64,000 nt of DNA from Burkholderiales bacterium (GTDB lineage Bacteria; Pseudomonadota; Gammaproteobacteria; Burkholderiales; SG8-39), in contig DASQGW010000132.1 of NCBI GenBank assembly GCA_035632415.1, forward strand, positions 2,563 through 66,562, given 5' to 3'. This document shows positions 42,375 to 51,381 of the stretch, piece after piece. The notes below the pieces were generated by a model. That model did no database searches and was not told the DNA's origin. It was given only the letters and a program-made list of their open reading frames with translations. The position numbers were made by a program, and so were the translations under genes. Positions within the stretch are counted from its first letter, which is position 1, and each line of letters begins with the position of its first letter.

Positions 42375-42932
42375 GTGCATAAGTCCACGACCCACTCCGA
42401 GCGCATCCTGGCCGCGGCCGACAAGCTCTTCTACGAGCAGGGGATTCGCTCGGTCGGCGTCGACACCATCGCCGCCCGGGCCGGCGTGTCGAAGCGCACG
42501 CTCTACAACTATTTCCCGACGAAGGACGATCTCATCGCGGCGTACCTCACCGCGCGCTTCAAGCACGTCGAGGCGTCCGACGCGCCGGCGCGCGAGCAGA
42601 TCCTCGGCTACTTCGATCGCCTTGAAAAAATGATGAGCGACAGCGGCTTCCGCGGCTGCCCTTACGTGAACGCCGTGGCCGAGATCAGCGACCGCAAGCA
42701 CGCGGCGATCGGCATCGCCGTGCGCTTCAAGGAAGAACGCGTGCGCTGGTACAAGACCCTGCTCGAGCGCATGGCGGTCGCCGATCCGCAAGGGCTCGCG
42801 ATGCAGCTGCAGATCCTCGTCGAAGGGGCGATCGCCTCCGCGCTCGTGCGTGACGATCCGTCCTTCGGCCGCTCGGCGCGCGCAGCGGCCGAAGTTCTCC
42901 TGGACGCAGCCTCTAGGAAGACGAGGAAATAG
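42375..42932 (+). CDS. TetR family transcriptional regulator
   Basis: Helix-turn-helix ...ILAAADKLFYEQGIRSVGVDTIAARAGVSKRTLYNYFPTKDDL. Divergent from the MFS gene. Confidence 0.85.
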   Translation: MHKSTTHSERILAAADKLFYEQGIRSVGVDTIAARAGVSKRTLYNYFPTKDDLIAAYLTARFKHVEASDAPAREQILGYFDRLEKMMSDSGFRGCPYVNAVAEISDRKHAAIGIAVRFKEERVRWYKTLLERMAVADPQGLAMQLQILVEGAIASALVRDDPSFGRSARAAAEVLLDAASRKTRK

Positions 42933-42946
42933 GAAGCTCCTCGAGG

Positions 42947-43384
42947 CTAGAGCGCCGGGTATTTCATCGTCCCGTCGTTGGTGATCGAGACGCGCTCGCC
43001 GATCGAGATGTCCGCCGCAGCGGTGTCGAGGTACTGAAGCGAGCCGTCATCCATCCGGATCGTCACGCGCTTGGTCGCGCCCGGCACGCTGGAGCCCGCG
43101 GCGGCCGAGGCCGGCAGGTTGATGATCTGCTCGATCTTGCCCGTGCCGGCGCGCAACGGCTGCGGCGCGGGCGTGGCGACGACGACAGGGGCGCTTCCGG
43201 ATGGCGGCACGACCACCGTGGGCGCGGCAGCCGTAGTCGTGGCCGGTGCGGTCACTACCGCTGCGGTGGGCGGTGAAGGCTGCACGACGACCGGAGCCGG
43301 CGCCGGCGCGACACGGCTTTCCGCAGCGCAACCCGCGAGGATGGCAATCGTAAGGGCGGACAGGGGAACAGACAATTTGCTCAT
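42947..43384 (-). CDS. small lipoprotein, 'IRMxDG-QY' family (paralog 3 of 3)
   Basis: MSKLSVPLSALTIAILAGC has a lipobox. A Pro/Ala/Val-rich linker is followed by KRVTIRMDDGSLQYLDT...GERVSITN. Confidence 0.65.
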   Translation of the reverse strand: MSKLSVPLSALTIAILAGCAAESRVAPAPAPVVVQPSPPTAAVVTAPATTTAAAPTVVVPPSGSAPVVVATPAPQPLRAGTGKIEQIINLPASAAAGSSVPGATKRVTIRMDDGSLQYLDTAAADISIGERVSITNDGTMKYPAL

Positions 43385-43450
43385 GGGGAATCTCCTTTTG
43401 GCGGAGGAGCAAAGAGCAAACTTCGTTCCCAAGGCGTAGGATGCGCGCGC

Positions 43451-43930
43451 GTGAACCGGGCCTTTGCCGCCTCAGCCCTCATCTTTCTCGCCGCGTGCGC
43501 GAGCGAGCCGACATCGCGGCCCTATTCCGCGTCGTCGCGCAGCGAAGTGAGCGCGTCCGTGGCCGATCGTGCCGCGGCGCAGGCGACGACCATGCGCGGC
43601 CGGCCGTATCACTTCGGCGGCGACTCGATTTCAGCCGGGTTCGATTGCAGCGGGCTCGTCAAGTACAGCTACCGCCAGGTCGGCGTCGACCTGCCTCATA
43701 GCACCGAGCAGCTGCGCCGGCTCTCGCGTCCGGTGAGGGTCTCCGGCCTGAGGCGCGGCGACCTCCTCTTCTTCGACCTCGAAGGCAAGAAGAGCTCGCA
43801 CGTCGGCATCTACCTCGGTAACGGCCGCTTCATCCACGCCCCTTCCACAGGGAAGAGCGTGCGCAGCGACCGCCTCGACTCTCCGTACTGGAAGAAGCAT
43901 CTCTCTGAAGCGCGCCGGGTCACAGCTTAA
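43451..43930 (+). CDS. C40 (NlpC/P60) family peptidase lipoprotein
   Basis: GTG start and lipobox FLAAC. The catalytic Cys context is GFDCSGLVKYSY, followed by ...HVGIYLGNGRFIHAP. Confidence 0.85.
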   Translation: MNRAFAASALIFLAACASEPTSRPYSASSRSEVSASVADRAAAQATTMRGRPYHFGGDSISAGFDCSGLVKYSYRQVGVDLPHSTEQLRRLSRPVRVSGLRRGDLLFFDLEGKKSSHVGIYLGNGRFIHAPSTGKSVRSDRLDSPYWKKHLSEARRVTA

Positions 43931-43942
43931 TTGGGGAGCGTC

Positions 43943-44641
43943 ATGGCAAAGCGTCACGCAGTCGTCTCGGAGAAAGCCTGGCTCGCCGCGCGCAAGAAGT
44001 TGCTGGCGAAGGAGAAGGCGCTCACGCGCAACCGCGACAAGCTCGCCGCTGCGAGGCGAGCGCTGCCGTGGCAGGCGGTGACGAAGGACTATGTCTTCGA
44101 AGGCCCCGATGGGCGCAAGACCCTGGCCGAGCTCTTCGAAGGACGCAGCCAGCTCATCGTCTATCACTTCATGTTCGGACCGGGCTGGGGCGCGGGCTGC
44201 CCGCACTGCTCGCACTGGGCCGACAGCTTCGACGGCGCGATCGTGCATCTCAAGGCGCGCGACGTGGCGATGGTCGCGATCTCCCGCGCGCCCTACCCCG
44301 AGCTCGCCGCATACCACCGGCGCATGGGCTGGCGCTTCAAGTGGTATTCAGCCGCCGGCAACGATTTCAACTTCGACTTCCACGTGTCGTTCACGCCGGA
44401 GGAACTGAAGCGGAAGAAGGCGTTCTACAACTTCGTCGAGCAGGATCCCGGCGTCTCGGAGCGCGAAGGGGTGAGCGTTTTCTTCAAGGATGCGAAAGGC
44501 AAGGTGTTCCGCACGTACTCAACATACGCGCGCGGCATCGACGCGTTCAGCGTCGACTACCAGTATCTCGATCTCACGCCCAAGGGCCGCGACGAGGGCG
44601 GCCGCGGGCCCTTCTGGGTGCGCCGCCACGACGAGTATTGA
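43943..44641 (+). CDS. DUF899 thioredoxin-like family protein
   Basis: MAKRHAVVSEKAWLAARKKLLAKEKALTRNRDKLAAARRALPW...YHFMFGP...CPHCS is characteristic of DUF899. Confidence 0.8.
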   Translation: MAKRHAVVSEKAWLAARKKLLAKEKALTRNRDKLAAARRALPWQAVTKDYVFEGPDGRKTLAELFEGRSQLIVYHFMFGPGWGAGCPHCSHWADSFDGAIVHLKARDVAMVAISRAPYPELAAYHRRMGWRFKWYSAAGNDFNFDFHVSFTPEELKRKKAFYNFVEQDPGVSEREGVSVFFKDAKGKVFRTYSTYARGIDAFSVDYQYLDLTPKGRDEGGRGPFWVRRHDEY

Positions 44642-44665
44642 AGTTGCGTTAGGCTAGCGGCCCGC

Positions 44666-46312
44666 ATGAACAAGATCACCGGCCGCGCCGCCTTCCTGCA
44701 GCTCCTCGCCGACGAGAAGGTCAGCCACCTCTTCGGCAATCCCGGCACCACGGAGCTCGCCATCATGGAAGCGGTGCCGCAATTCCCGCAGCTCAAGTTC
44801 GTGCTGGGACTCCAGGAGGCGAGCGTTGTCGCCATGGCCGACGGCTACTGCCGCGCGAGCGGCAGGCTCGCCGCGGCGAACGTGCACGTCATGCCCGGCC
44901 TCGGCAACGCGATGGGCGCGCTCTACAACGCCAAGTTCTCGGGCTCGCCGATCATCCTCACCGCCGGCCAGCAGGAGCAAGGGCATGGGTTGCTCGAGCC
45001 GATGCTTTACGAACCCCTGGTGCCCGTCGCACAGCCGCTCGTGAAATGGGCCGTCGAAGTCACGCGCGCGGCGGACCTGCCGCGCATCATCCACCGCGCC
45101 GCCAAGCTCGCGCTCACGCCGCCGACCGGCCCGGTGTTCCTCAGCCTGCCCGGCGATGTCCTCGACGAGACGCTCGAGTTGGACATGGGGAAGCCGGTGC
45201 GCATCGACGCCGCCGTGCGGCCCACCGATGCGACGCTCAACCAGATCGCCGCCCTGCTCGCGGCTGCGAAGCGCCCTGCGATCCTCGCCGGGCAGGAGCT
45301 CGCCTCGCGCGATGCGTTCGCCGAAGCGGCGCAGCTTGCCGAAGCGCTGGGCGCCGCCGTGTTCGGGTCCTCGATCCCCTACTCGGCCCAGTTCCCGAGC
45401 GAGCACCCGGCGTTCATGGGCACGTTCACGCGCCTGCAGAAGCAGGTGCGCTCGACTCTCGAGCAGTACGACCTGCTCCTTGTCCTTGGAGCCGATCTCC
45501 TGCGCATGTCGGTATACAGCCCGGTCGAGCCGCTGCCGCCGGAGCTCGCAGTGATCCACGTCTGCGAGCGCGCGCACGAGCTCGGCAAGAACTACCGCAC
45601 CGATCTCGCCGTGCACGCGGACGTGAAGGAAACCTTGCGCGCCCTATTGCCGCTCGTGAAGGCTCATCCGCAGGCAAGGCAGCGCCTCGCCGAGCTGAAA
45701 CCGAACAACTGGAGCGCGCAGCGCGACAAGGCGCGCATCGACGCGATGCTCGCCGCCGAGACGAAGCCGATCGATCCGCAATATCTGATGCTGCGCCTCA
45801 CCGAATCGCTGCCGCGCGACGCGGTGCTGGTGGACGAAGGGCTCGTCAGCACGTATTCGCTGCCGAAATTCATGGTCCACCGCGGCCCGCGTGACTACTA
45901 CGGCCTCGCGAGCGGCGGGCTCGGCTTCGCCGTGCCGGGCGCGGTGGGCATCAGCATGGCGCTTCCCGGCCGGCCGATCGCCGTCATCGTCGGCGACGGC
46001 AGCGCGATGTACAGCGTCCAGGGATTGTGGACCGCGGCGCACGAGCGGCTGCCGATCACCTATGTGATCGCCAACAACCGCGGCTATCGCATCATCAAGG
46101 AGCGCCTCGTCTCGTTCCGCAAGACCGACAAGTTCACGGGCATGGACATCCGCAATCCCGACCTCGACTTCATGGCGCTCGCGCAGTCCTTCGGCCTCGC
46201 CGCGCGGCGCGTCACCGATCCGCAGGACATCGCTCCCGCCCTGCGCGAGGCGATGGCGAGCGGCAAGCCGAATCTCATCGACATCCGCGTCGCCGACGGC
46301 TTCGGCGCTTAA
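44666..46312 (+). CDS. thiamine-diphosphate-dependent enzyme (acetolactate synthase/benzoylformate decarboxylase-like)
   Basis: 548 aa. N-terminal ...HLFGNPGTTEL... and the ThDP-binding motif GDGSAMYSVQGLWTAAHERLPITYVIANN. Confidence 0.9.
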   Translation: MNKITGRAAFLQLLADEKVSHLFGNPGTTELAIMEAVPQFPQLKFVLGLQEASVVAMADGYCRASGRLAAANVHVMPGLGNAMGALYNAKFSGSPIILTAGQQEQGHGLLEPMLYEPLVPVAQPLVKWAVEVTRAADLPRIIHRAAKLALTPPTGPVFLSLPGDVLDETLELDMGKPVRIDAAVRPTDATLNQIAALLAAAKRPAILAGQELASRDAFAEAAQLAEALGAAVFGSSIPYSAQFPSEHPAFMGTFTRLQKQVRSTLEQYDLLLVLGADLLRMSVYSPVEPLPPELAVIHVCERAHELGKNYRTDLAVHADVKETLRALLPLVKAHPQARQRLAELKPNNWSAQRDKARIDAMLAAETKPIDPQYLMLRLTESLPRDAVLVDEGLVSTYSLPKFMVHRGPRDYYGLASGGLGFAVPGAVGISMALPGRPIAVIVGDGSAMYSVQGLWTAAHERLPITYVIANNRGYRIIKERLVSFRKTDKFTGMDIRNPDLDFMALAQSFGLAARRVTDPQDIAPALREAMASGKPNLIDIRVADGFGA

Positions 46313-46324
46313 ATAGGGAAGCTA

Positions 46325-47101
46325 ATGGACGAACTGCTCTACGAATTGCGCGACGGCGTCGGCTACGTCACCTTCAACCGGCCGCAGGCGCGCAACGCGC
46401 TGACGTTCGGCATGTACGAGCGCCTGGCCGAGATCTGCAACAACGCAAACAGCGACAAATCGGTGAAGGCGCTGCTCATCACCGGCGGCGGCGACAAGGC
46501 CTTTGCCGCCGGCACGGATATCTCGCAGTTCAGGACGTTCGATAAAGAGCAGGACGCGCTCGACTACGAGGCGCGCATCGACCGGGTGATGAACGCGATC
46601 GAGAAGTGCCGCGTGCCGACCATTGCCGCGATCCACGGCGCCTGCACCGGCGGCGGCGCGTCGATCGCCGCCTGCTGCGACCTGCGCATCGCCTCGCGCG
46701 CCATGAAGTACGGCTTCCCGGTCGCGCGCACGCTGGGCAACTGCCTCTCCATGTCGAGCTACAACCGCCTGGTCTATCTCGTCGGGCCCTCGCTCGTGAA
46801 GGACATCGTCTTCCAGGCGCGCCTGATCGAAGCCGACGAGGCGCTCGCCAAGGGCCTCGTCACCGAGCTGCTCGACGACCAGGCGGCGCTCCTGAAGCGT
46901 GCCGAAGAGCTTGCGCGCACCGTCGCCACCATGGCGCCGCTCACGCTGCAGGCGACGAAGGAGGCGGTCCTCCGCCTGCGGCCGAAGATCGAGCACGGCG
47001 AAGGCAACGACATCGTGCTCATGTGCTACATGAGCCAGGACTTCCGCGAAGGAATGGAGGCGTTCCTCAACAAGCGGAAGCCCGTTTGGAAAGGCCGCTA
47101 G
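46325..47101 (+). CDS. enoyl-CoA hydratase/isomerase family protein
   Basis: Crotonase fold, with ...ITGGGDKAFAAGTDI... and ...PTIAAIHGACTGGG. Confidence 0.9.
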   Translation: MDELLYELRDGVGYVTFNRPQARNALTFGMYERLAEICNNANSDKSVKALLITGGGDKAFAAGTDISQFRTFDKEQDALDYEARIDRVMNAIEKCRVPTIAAIHGACTGGGASIAACCDLRIASRAMKYGFPVARTLGNCLSMSSYNRLVYLVGPSLVKDIVFQARLIEADEALAKGLVTELLDDQAALLKRAEELARTVATMAPLTLQATKEAVLRLRPKIEHGEGNDIVLMCYMSQDFREGMEAFLNKRKPVWKGR

Positions 47102-48363
47102 GCCGCATTCTGTTAGCGACCTTCGGGTCGCTCGGCGATCTGCATCCCTACATCGCCGTCGCGCGCGCCCTCGCCGCTCGCGGCGCGCAGCCGCTGATCG
47201 CGACGGTGCCCGATTACCGGGAGCACGTGGAGCGCGAAGGCATCGCGTTCGCGCCGGTGCGGCCCGGCATGGCGGAGTTCGGCGACTACCAGGCGCTGCT
47301 CGCCAAGCTCTTCGACGCAAGACGCGGCAACGCATTCCTGATCCGCGAGATGGTGATGCCCTATTTGCGCACCACCCACGAAGACCTGTCGAAAGCCGCC
47401 GAGGGCGCGAAGCTCCTCGTCTCGCATCCGCTCACGCTCGCGATCCCGATCATCGCCGAGCAAAGGCGCCTCCCCTGGGTGTCGACCGTGCTTTCGCCGG
47501 CGAGCTTCATGTCGAGCTTCGATCCGCCGATCATCGCCGGCGCCGAATGGCTGCATGCGGTCGGCAAGCTCGGCCGCACGGCGTACCGCCTCGCGTTCAG
47601 CCTGCCGCGCCTGATGCTGCGGCGCTGGGAAGAGCCGCTGCACGCCTTCCGCCGCGAGCTCGGCGTGACGCCGCTCCCCGGCCCGGCGATGCTCGAAGGC
47701 CAGTTCTCTCCGCATCTGAACCTGGCGCTGTTCGACCCGCCGCTCGCGCCGCCGCAGCCCGACTGGCCGCAGAACACGGTCGTTACCGGCGCGCCGCTGC
47801 ATGACGGTGGTCTTGATCCTCGAGTGCAAGAACAATTGGACATCTTCCTCGCCGCCGGCGAGCCACCGCTCGTCTTCGCGCTCGGCTCCTCCGCCGTCTG
47901 GGTGGCGGGCGATTTCTGGAACATGGCCGCAGAAGCGACGCGCACGCTCAAGCGCCGGGCGATCCTCATCACCGGAGGCGATACGCCCACGCGCCTCGCC
48001 GAGCTTCCGCCGGGCATCGGCGTATTCGGCTACCTTCCCTACTCGATGATCTTTCCGCGCGCAGCCGCCGTGATCCACCAGGCCGGCATCGGCACGCTCT
48101 CGCAGGCGCTGCGCAGCGGCCGCCCCCAGCTCATCGTGCCCTTCGCCTTCGACCAACCCGACAACGCCCGGCGCGCCGCACGCCTCGGCCTTGCGCGCGT
48201 GCTGCCGCGGGCGAGGCTCTCTGCCGGCACTCTCAAAGCGGAACTGGCTGCCCTGCTCGCGGATTCCCGCTATGCCCAGCGCGCCGAAGCGGTCGGAAGA
48301 GAATTGAAATCGATCGACGGCGCGGCGCGCGCCGCCGACGCGCTTCTCTCGATCATTAAATAG
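47086..48363 (+). CDS. glycosyltransferase (GT1/MGT-type, UDP-glycosyltransferase-like)
   Basis: Contains ILLATFGSLGDLHPYIAVARAL and C-terminal ...VIHQAGIGTLSQALRSGRPQLIVPFAFDQPDNA. The start is proposed at TTG 47086 and overlaps the upstream gene by 16 nt. Start uncertain. Confidence 0.8.
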   Translation: MERPLGRILLATFGSLGDLHPYIAVARALAARGAQPLIATVPDYREHVEREGIAFAPVRPGMAEFGDYQALLAKLFDARRGNAFLIREMVMPYLRTTHEDLSKAAEGAKLLVSHPLTLAIPIIAEQRRLPWVSTVLSPASFMSSFDPPIIAGAEWLHAVGKLGRTAYRLAFSLPRLMLRRWEEPLHAFRRELGVTPLPGPAMLEGQFSPHLNLALFDPPLAPPQPDWPQNTVVTGAPLHDGGLDPRVQEQLDIFLAAGEPPLVFALGSSAVWVAGDFWNMAAEATRTLKRRAILITGGDTPTRLAELPPGIGVFGYLPYSMIFPRAAAVIHQAGIGTLSQALRSGRPQLIVPFAFDQPDNARRAARLGLARVLPRARLSAGTLKAELAALLADSRYAQRAEAVGRELKSIDGAARAADALLSIIK

Positions 48364-48372
48364 GGAGAGACC

Positions 48373-48849
48373 CTATTTCTGGTCGGCGCAGACGGCGAGC
48401 GACTTGCGGTCCGGCGCCCAGGGCAGGCGCCGCTCCCAGTCCGGCACCTGCGCGTCGGCGGTGAGATAGCCGCGCACGGCGTGCACGCCGTGGATCAGGT
48501 CGCGCGGCGTGGCATTGAGCGCGATCAGGTCTTTCGCGCAGACATATACGGTGGCGCCGCTCGCGCGGGCCTTCTGGAGGATGTCGGCGGTGGCGGCAGT
48601 CGCCGTCGAGGCGATGAGGCGGCGCGCCTCGTTGTCGGCCACCAGCAGCTTCCATCCCGGCGGATCCTGCGGCGTGCGCTGCGCGGCCTCGTCGGCGACC
48701 GCCTGCTCGATGGTGAAGGCGTTGTCGGCGATGTACAGGTACGGACCCATCGGCGCAGCACCGCCGGGGCGCGCGATCGGGGTTTTGGCGGTCTGCGCCG
48801 CCAGGGTGCCCGCCGCAAGTGTCAGAAGGATGAAAGCCAGCGCCCGCAT
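48373..48849 (-). CDS. hypothetical exported protein
   Basis: Signal peptide MRALAFILLTLAAGTLAAQ. No family was recognised with confidence. Confidence 0.55.
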   Translation of the reverse strand: MRALAFILLTLAAGTLAAQTAKTPIARPGGAAPMGPYLYIADNAFTIEQAVADEAAQRTPQDPPGWKLLVADNEARRLIASTATAATADILQKARASGATVYVCAKDLIALNATPRDLIHGVHAVRGYLTADAQVPDWERRLPWAPDRKSLAVCADQK

Positions 48850-48951
48850 GTGCCCATTAGACAACGCGCGAGCCGATTAGTGGCCGACCGGGAATAAACG
48901 GCCGCCTGGCCGGGTCTTGCACGGTGGATCCACCTCCCACAGGAGATTGAT

Positions 48952-49845
48952 ATGCAACCGGTCGACCGCAGGCAGTTCCTCAAGATCGCAGGCCTTGGCG
49001 GCGTGGTGTTCGCCTCCGGCCTGGGCTGTGCCAGCACCAAGTCCGACATGGCGTACGGAGCCGGCCAGGACGAGTTCTTCTTCGTGCAGCTCTCCGACAC
49101 GCACTGGGGATTCAAGGGCGCGCCCAACCCCGATGCCGAGGGCACGCTGCCGAAGGCGATCGCCGCGGTGAACGCGCTCGATCCGCAGCCCGACTTCATC
49201 GTCTTCACCGGCGACCTCACCCACACCACCGACGACCCGGCCGAGCGCCGCCGGCGCATGGCCCGGTTCAAGGAGCTCATTGGCGGACTGAAGACCCAGC
49301 GCATCCGCCTCATGCCCGGCGAGCACGACGCGTCGCTCGACAATGGCGCGGCGTTCAAGGAGTTCTTCGGCGAGACGCACTACAGCTTCGACCACAAGGG
49401 CGTGCACTTCATCGCGCTCGACAATGTCTCCGATCCCCATGGCGCGATCGGCGACGAGCAGCTCGCCTGGCTGAAGAGCGACCTCGCCACGCAGAAGCCC
49501 GATGGGCGCATCGTGGTGCTCACGCACCGGCCGCTCTTCCCGCTGTATCCCCAGTGGGACTGGGCGACGAAGGACGGCGCGCAGGCGATCGCCGCGCTGA
49601 TGCCGTACCAGCACGTGACTGTGTTCTACGGGCACATCCACCAGGAGAACCACTTCAAGACTGCGCACATCGAGCACCACTCGGCCAAGTCACTCATCTT
49701 TCCGCTGCCCGCGCCCGGCTCGACGCCGAAGCGCGTGCCGCTCGCCTGGGATCCGGCGCATCCGTACCGCGGGCTCGGTTTCCGGGAAGTGGAAGCCGAG
49801 AGCAATGAATACAAGCTCACCGAGCTCCCGGTCGCCAAGGCATGA
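48952..49845 (+). CDS. metallophosphoesterase with twin-arginine signal
   Basis: MQPVDRRQFLKIAGLGG is Tat-like. Calcineurin-like motifs are LSDTHWG, FTGDLTH, LTHRP and GHIH. Confidence 0.85.
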   Translation: MQPVDRRQFLKIAGLGGVVFASGLGCASTKSDMAYGAGQDEFFFVQLSDTHWGFKGAPNPDAEGTLPKAIAAVNALDPQPDFIVFTGDLTHTTDDPAERRRRMARFKELIGGLKTQRIRLMPGEHDASLDNGAAFKEFFGETHYSFDHKGVHFIALDNVSDPHGAIGDEQLAWLKSDLATQKPDGRIVVLTHRPLFPLYPQWDWATKDGAQAIAALMPYQHVTVFYGHIHQENHFKTAHIEHHSAKSLIFPLPAPGSTPKRVPLAWDPAHPYRGLGFREVEAESNEYKLTELPVAKA

Positions 49846-50177
49846 ACCGCCGGCTTTTCCTGCTCCTGCCGCTCGCGGGGGCGGCCTGGGCGCAGCCTGA
49901 GCCGCGCGTGATCGCCATCCGGGCGAAGAAGTTCGAGTACATGCCCGCCGAGATCGAGCTCAAGGCGGGCGAGCCGGTGGTGCTCGAGCTCACGACCGAG
50001 GATGTGCACATGGGCTTCGATGCGCCGGAGCTGGGTCTCCACGCCGACATCATTCCCGGAAGAGTGGTGCGCGTGCCTTTCACGCCCGGGAAGCCCGGCA
50101 GCTTCGAGTTCGCCTGCGATGTCTTCTGCGGCTCGGGCCACGAGGACATGACAGGCGTGATAAAAGTTGCGGCGTGA
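49842..50177 (+). CDS. cupredoxin-domain protein (secreted)
   Basis: Has a signal peptide. Candidate copper-ligand context ...CDVFCGSGHEDM and an upstream H (DVHMGF). ATGA overlap with the upstream gene. Confidence 0.8.
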   Translation: MNRRLFLLLPLAGAAWAQPEPRVIAIRAKKFEYMPAEIELKAGEPVVLELTTEDVHMGFDAPELGLHADIIPGRVVRVPFTPGKPGSFEFACDVFCGSGHEDMTGVIKVAA

Positions 50178-50686
50178 GCCGAGGGCGCTTCGAGGAAGTG
50201 GTGCTGCCGTATGCCGATGCGGCCTATAACCTCGCGCGCTGGCTCACCCGCAACGATCACGACGCCGAGGACGTGATGCAGGAAGCGATGCTCCGCGCCT
50301 ACAAGTTCTATCCCGGGCTGCGCGGCGAAGCGCGGCCGTGGCTCCTCGCGATCGTGCGCAACGCCTGCTGGACCTGGCTCGAGAAGAACCGCCCCGGCGA
50401 GCTCGCCATCGCCGAGGAGCCCGAAGCCGACACGCCAGGCCCGGACGTGCTCCTCGCGCGCGAGCTCGACCGGCGCGCGCTGAACGAAGCCATCGCCACG
50501 CTGCCGGTGCCGTTCCGCGAGACGCTCATCCTGCGCGAGCTGGAAGATCTTTCGTACAAGCAGATCGCGCAGATCGCCGAGGTGCCGATCGGCACCGTCA
50601 TGTCGCGCCTCGCGCGCGCGCGGCGCATGCTCGCCGAGAAGCTGAGCCCCACCACCGCCGCGCCGCGGCTACGGCTCCATAAATGA
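50174..50686 (+). CDS. ECF RNA polymerase sigma factor
   Basis: GTG start overlaps the upstream stop as GTGA. Region 2 is ...DAEDVMQEAMLRAYKF and region 4 is LSYKQIAQIAEVPIGTVMSRLARAR. Confidence 0.9.
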   Translation: MSRGRFEEVVLPYADAAYNLARWLTRNDHDAEDVMQEAMLRAYKFYPGLRGEARPWLLAIVRNACWTWLEKNRPGELAIAEEPEADTPGPDVLLARELDRRALNEAIATLPVPFRETLILRELEDLSYKQIAQIAEVPIGTVMSRLARARRMLAEKLSPTTAAPRLRLHK

Positions 50687-51381
50687 AGCCCGACGACAAG
50701 ACACTGAACGCGTATCTCGACGGCGAGCTCGACGCCCCGGCGAGCCTCGAGCTCGAGCGCGAGCTGGCGCAGAACCCGGCGCTGCGCGCCTCCTACGAGC
50801 GGATGCGCCAGCTCTCGGCAGCCGTGCGCGAGAAGGCCGAGTACTACCCCTCGCCCACGCACCACAAGCTCGCGCCCGCCGAGCGCAAGCGCTGGATCTG
50901 GCTCGCGCCGGCCTTTGCCTTCGTCCTCATCGTCGGCTTCGGCCTGGGCGTGTTCCTCGCCCAGCCGACCGAGGAGGAGCTCCTCGGCAACGAGATGATC
51001 GCGAGCCACGTGCGCGCCACGCTCTCCGGCCGGCTGATCGACGTCGCCTCCTCCGACCAGCACACGGTGAAGCCGTGGCTCTCCGCGCGCCTGCCCTTCT
51101 CGCCGATGGTCGCCGACCTCTCGCAGGAGGGCTACACGCTCGCCGGCGCGCGCCTGGACTACATCGGCGCGCAGGCGGTCGCCACGCTCGTCTACCACCG
51201 CCGCCAGCACGTGATCGACGTATTCGTCTGGCCGACCCCGAGCGAGGCGCCCAAGTCGGCCTACGCGCGCGACGGCTTCAACGTCGAGCACTTCGCGCGG
51301 AACGGCATGCGCTACTGGATCGTCTCCGACCTCAATCGCAACGAGCTCGACGACTTCACCCAGCTCCTCGCATCGAGGTAA
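50683..51381 (+). CDS. anti-sigma factor (single-pass membrane)
   Basis: ATGA overlap with the sigma gene. The N-terminus LNAYLDGELDAPASLELERELAQNPALR is followed by one transmembrane segment (WIWLAPAFAFVLIVGFGLGVFLA) and a periplasmic domain. Confidence 0.8.
   Translation: MKPDDKTLNAYLDGELDAPASLELERELAQNPALRASYERMRQLSAAVREKAEYYPSPTHHKLAPAERKRWIWLAPAFAFVLIVGFGLGVFLAQPTEEELLGNEMIASHVRATLSGRLIDVASSDQHTVKPWLSARLPFSPMVADLSQEGYTLAGARLDYIGAQAVATLVYHRRQHVIDVFVWPTPSEAPKSAYARDGFNVEHFARNGMRYWIVSDLNRNELDDFTQLLASR

Noticed and set aside
43631-43650. tRNA T-arm-like GGGTTCGAT sequence
   Set aside because: It lies inside the NlpC/P60 CDS and encodes the catalytic GFDCSG. No cloverleaf context surrounds it.
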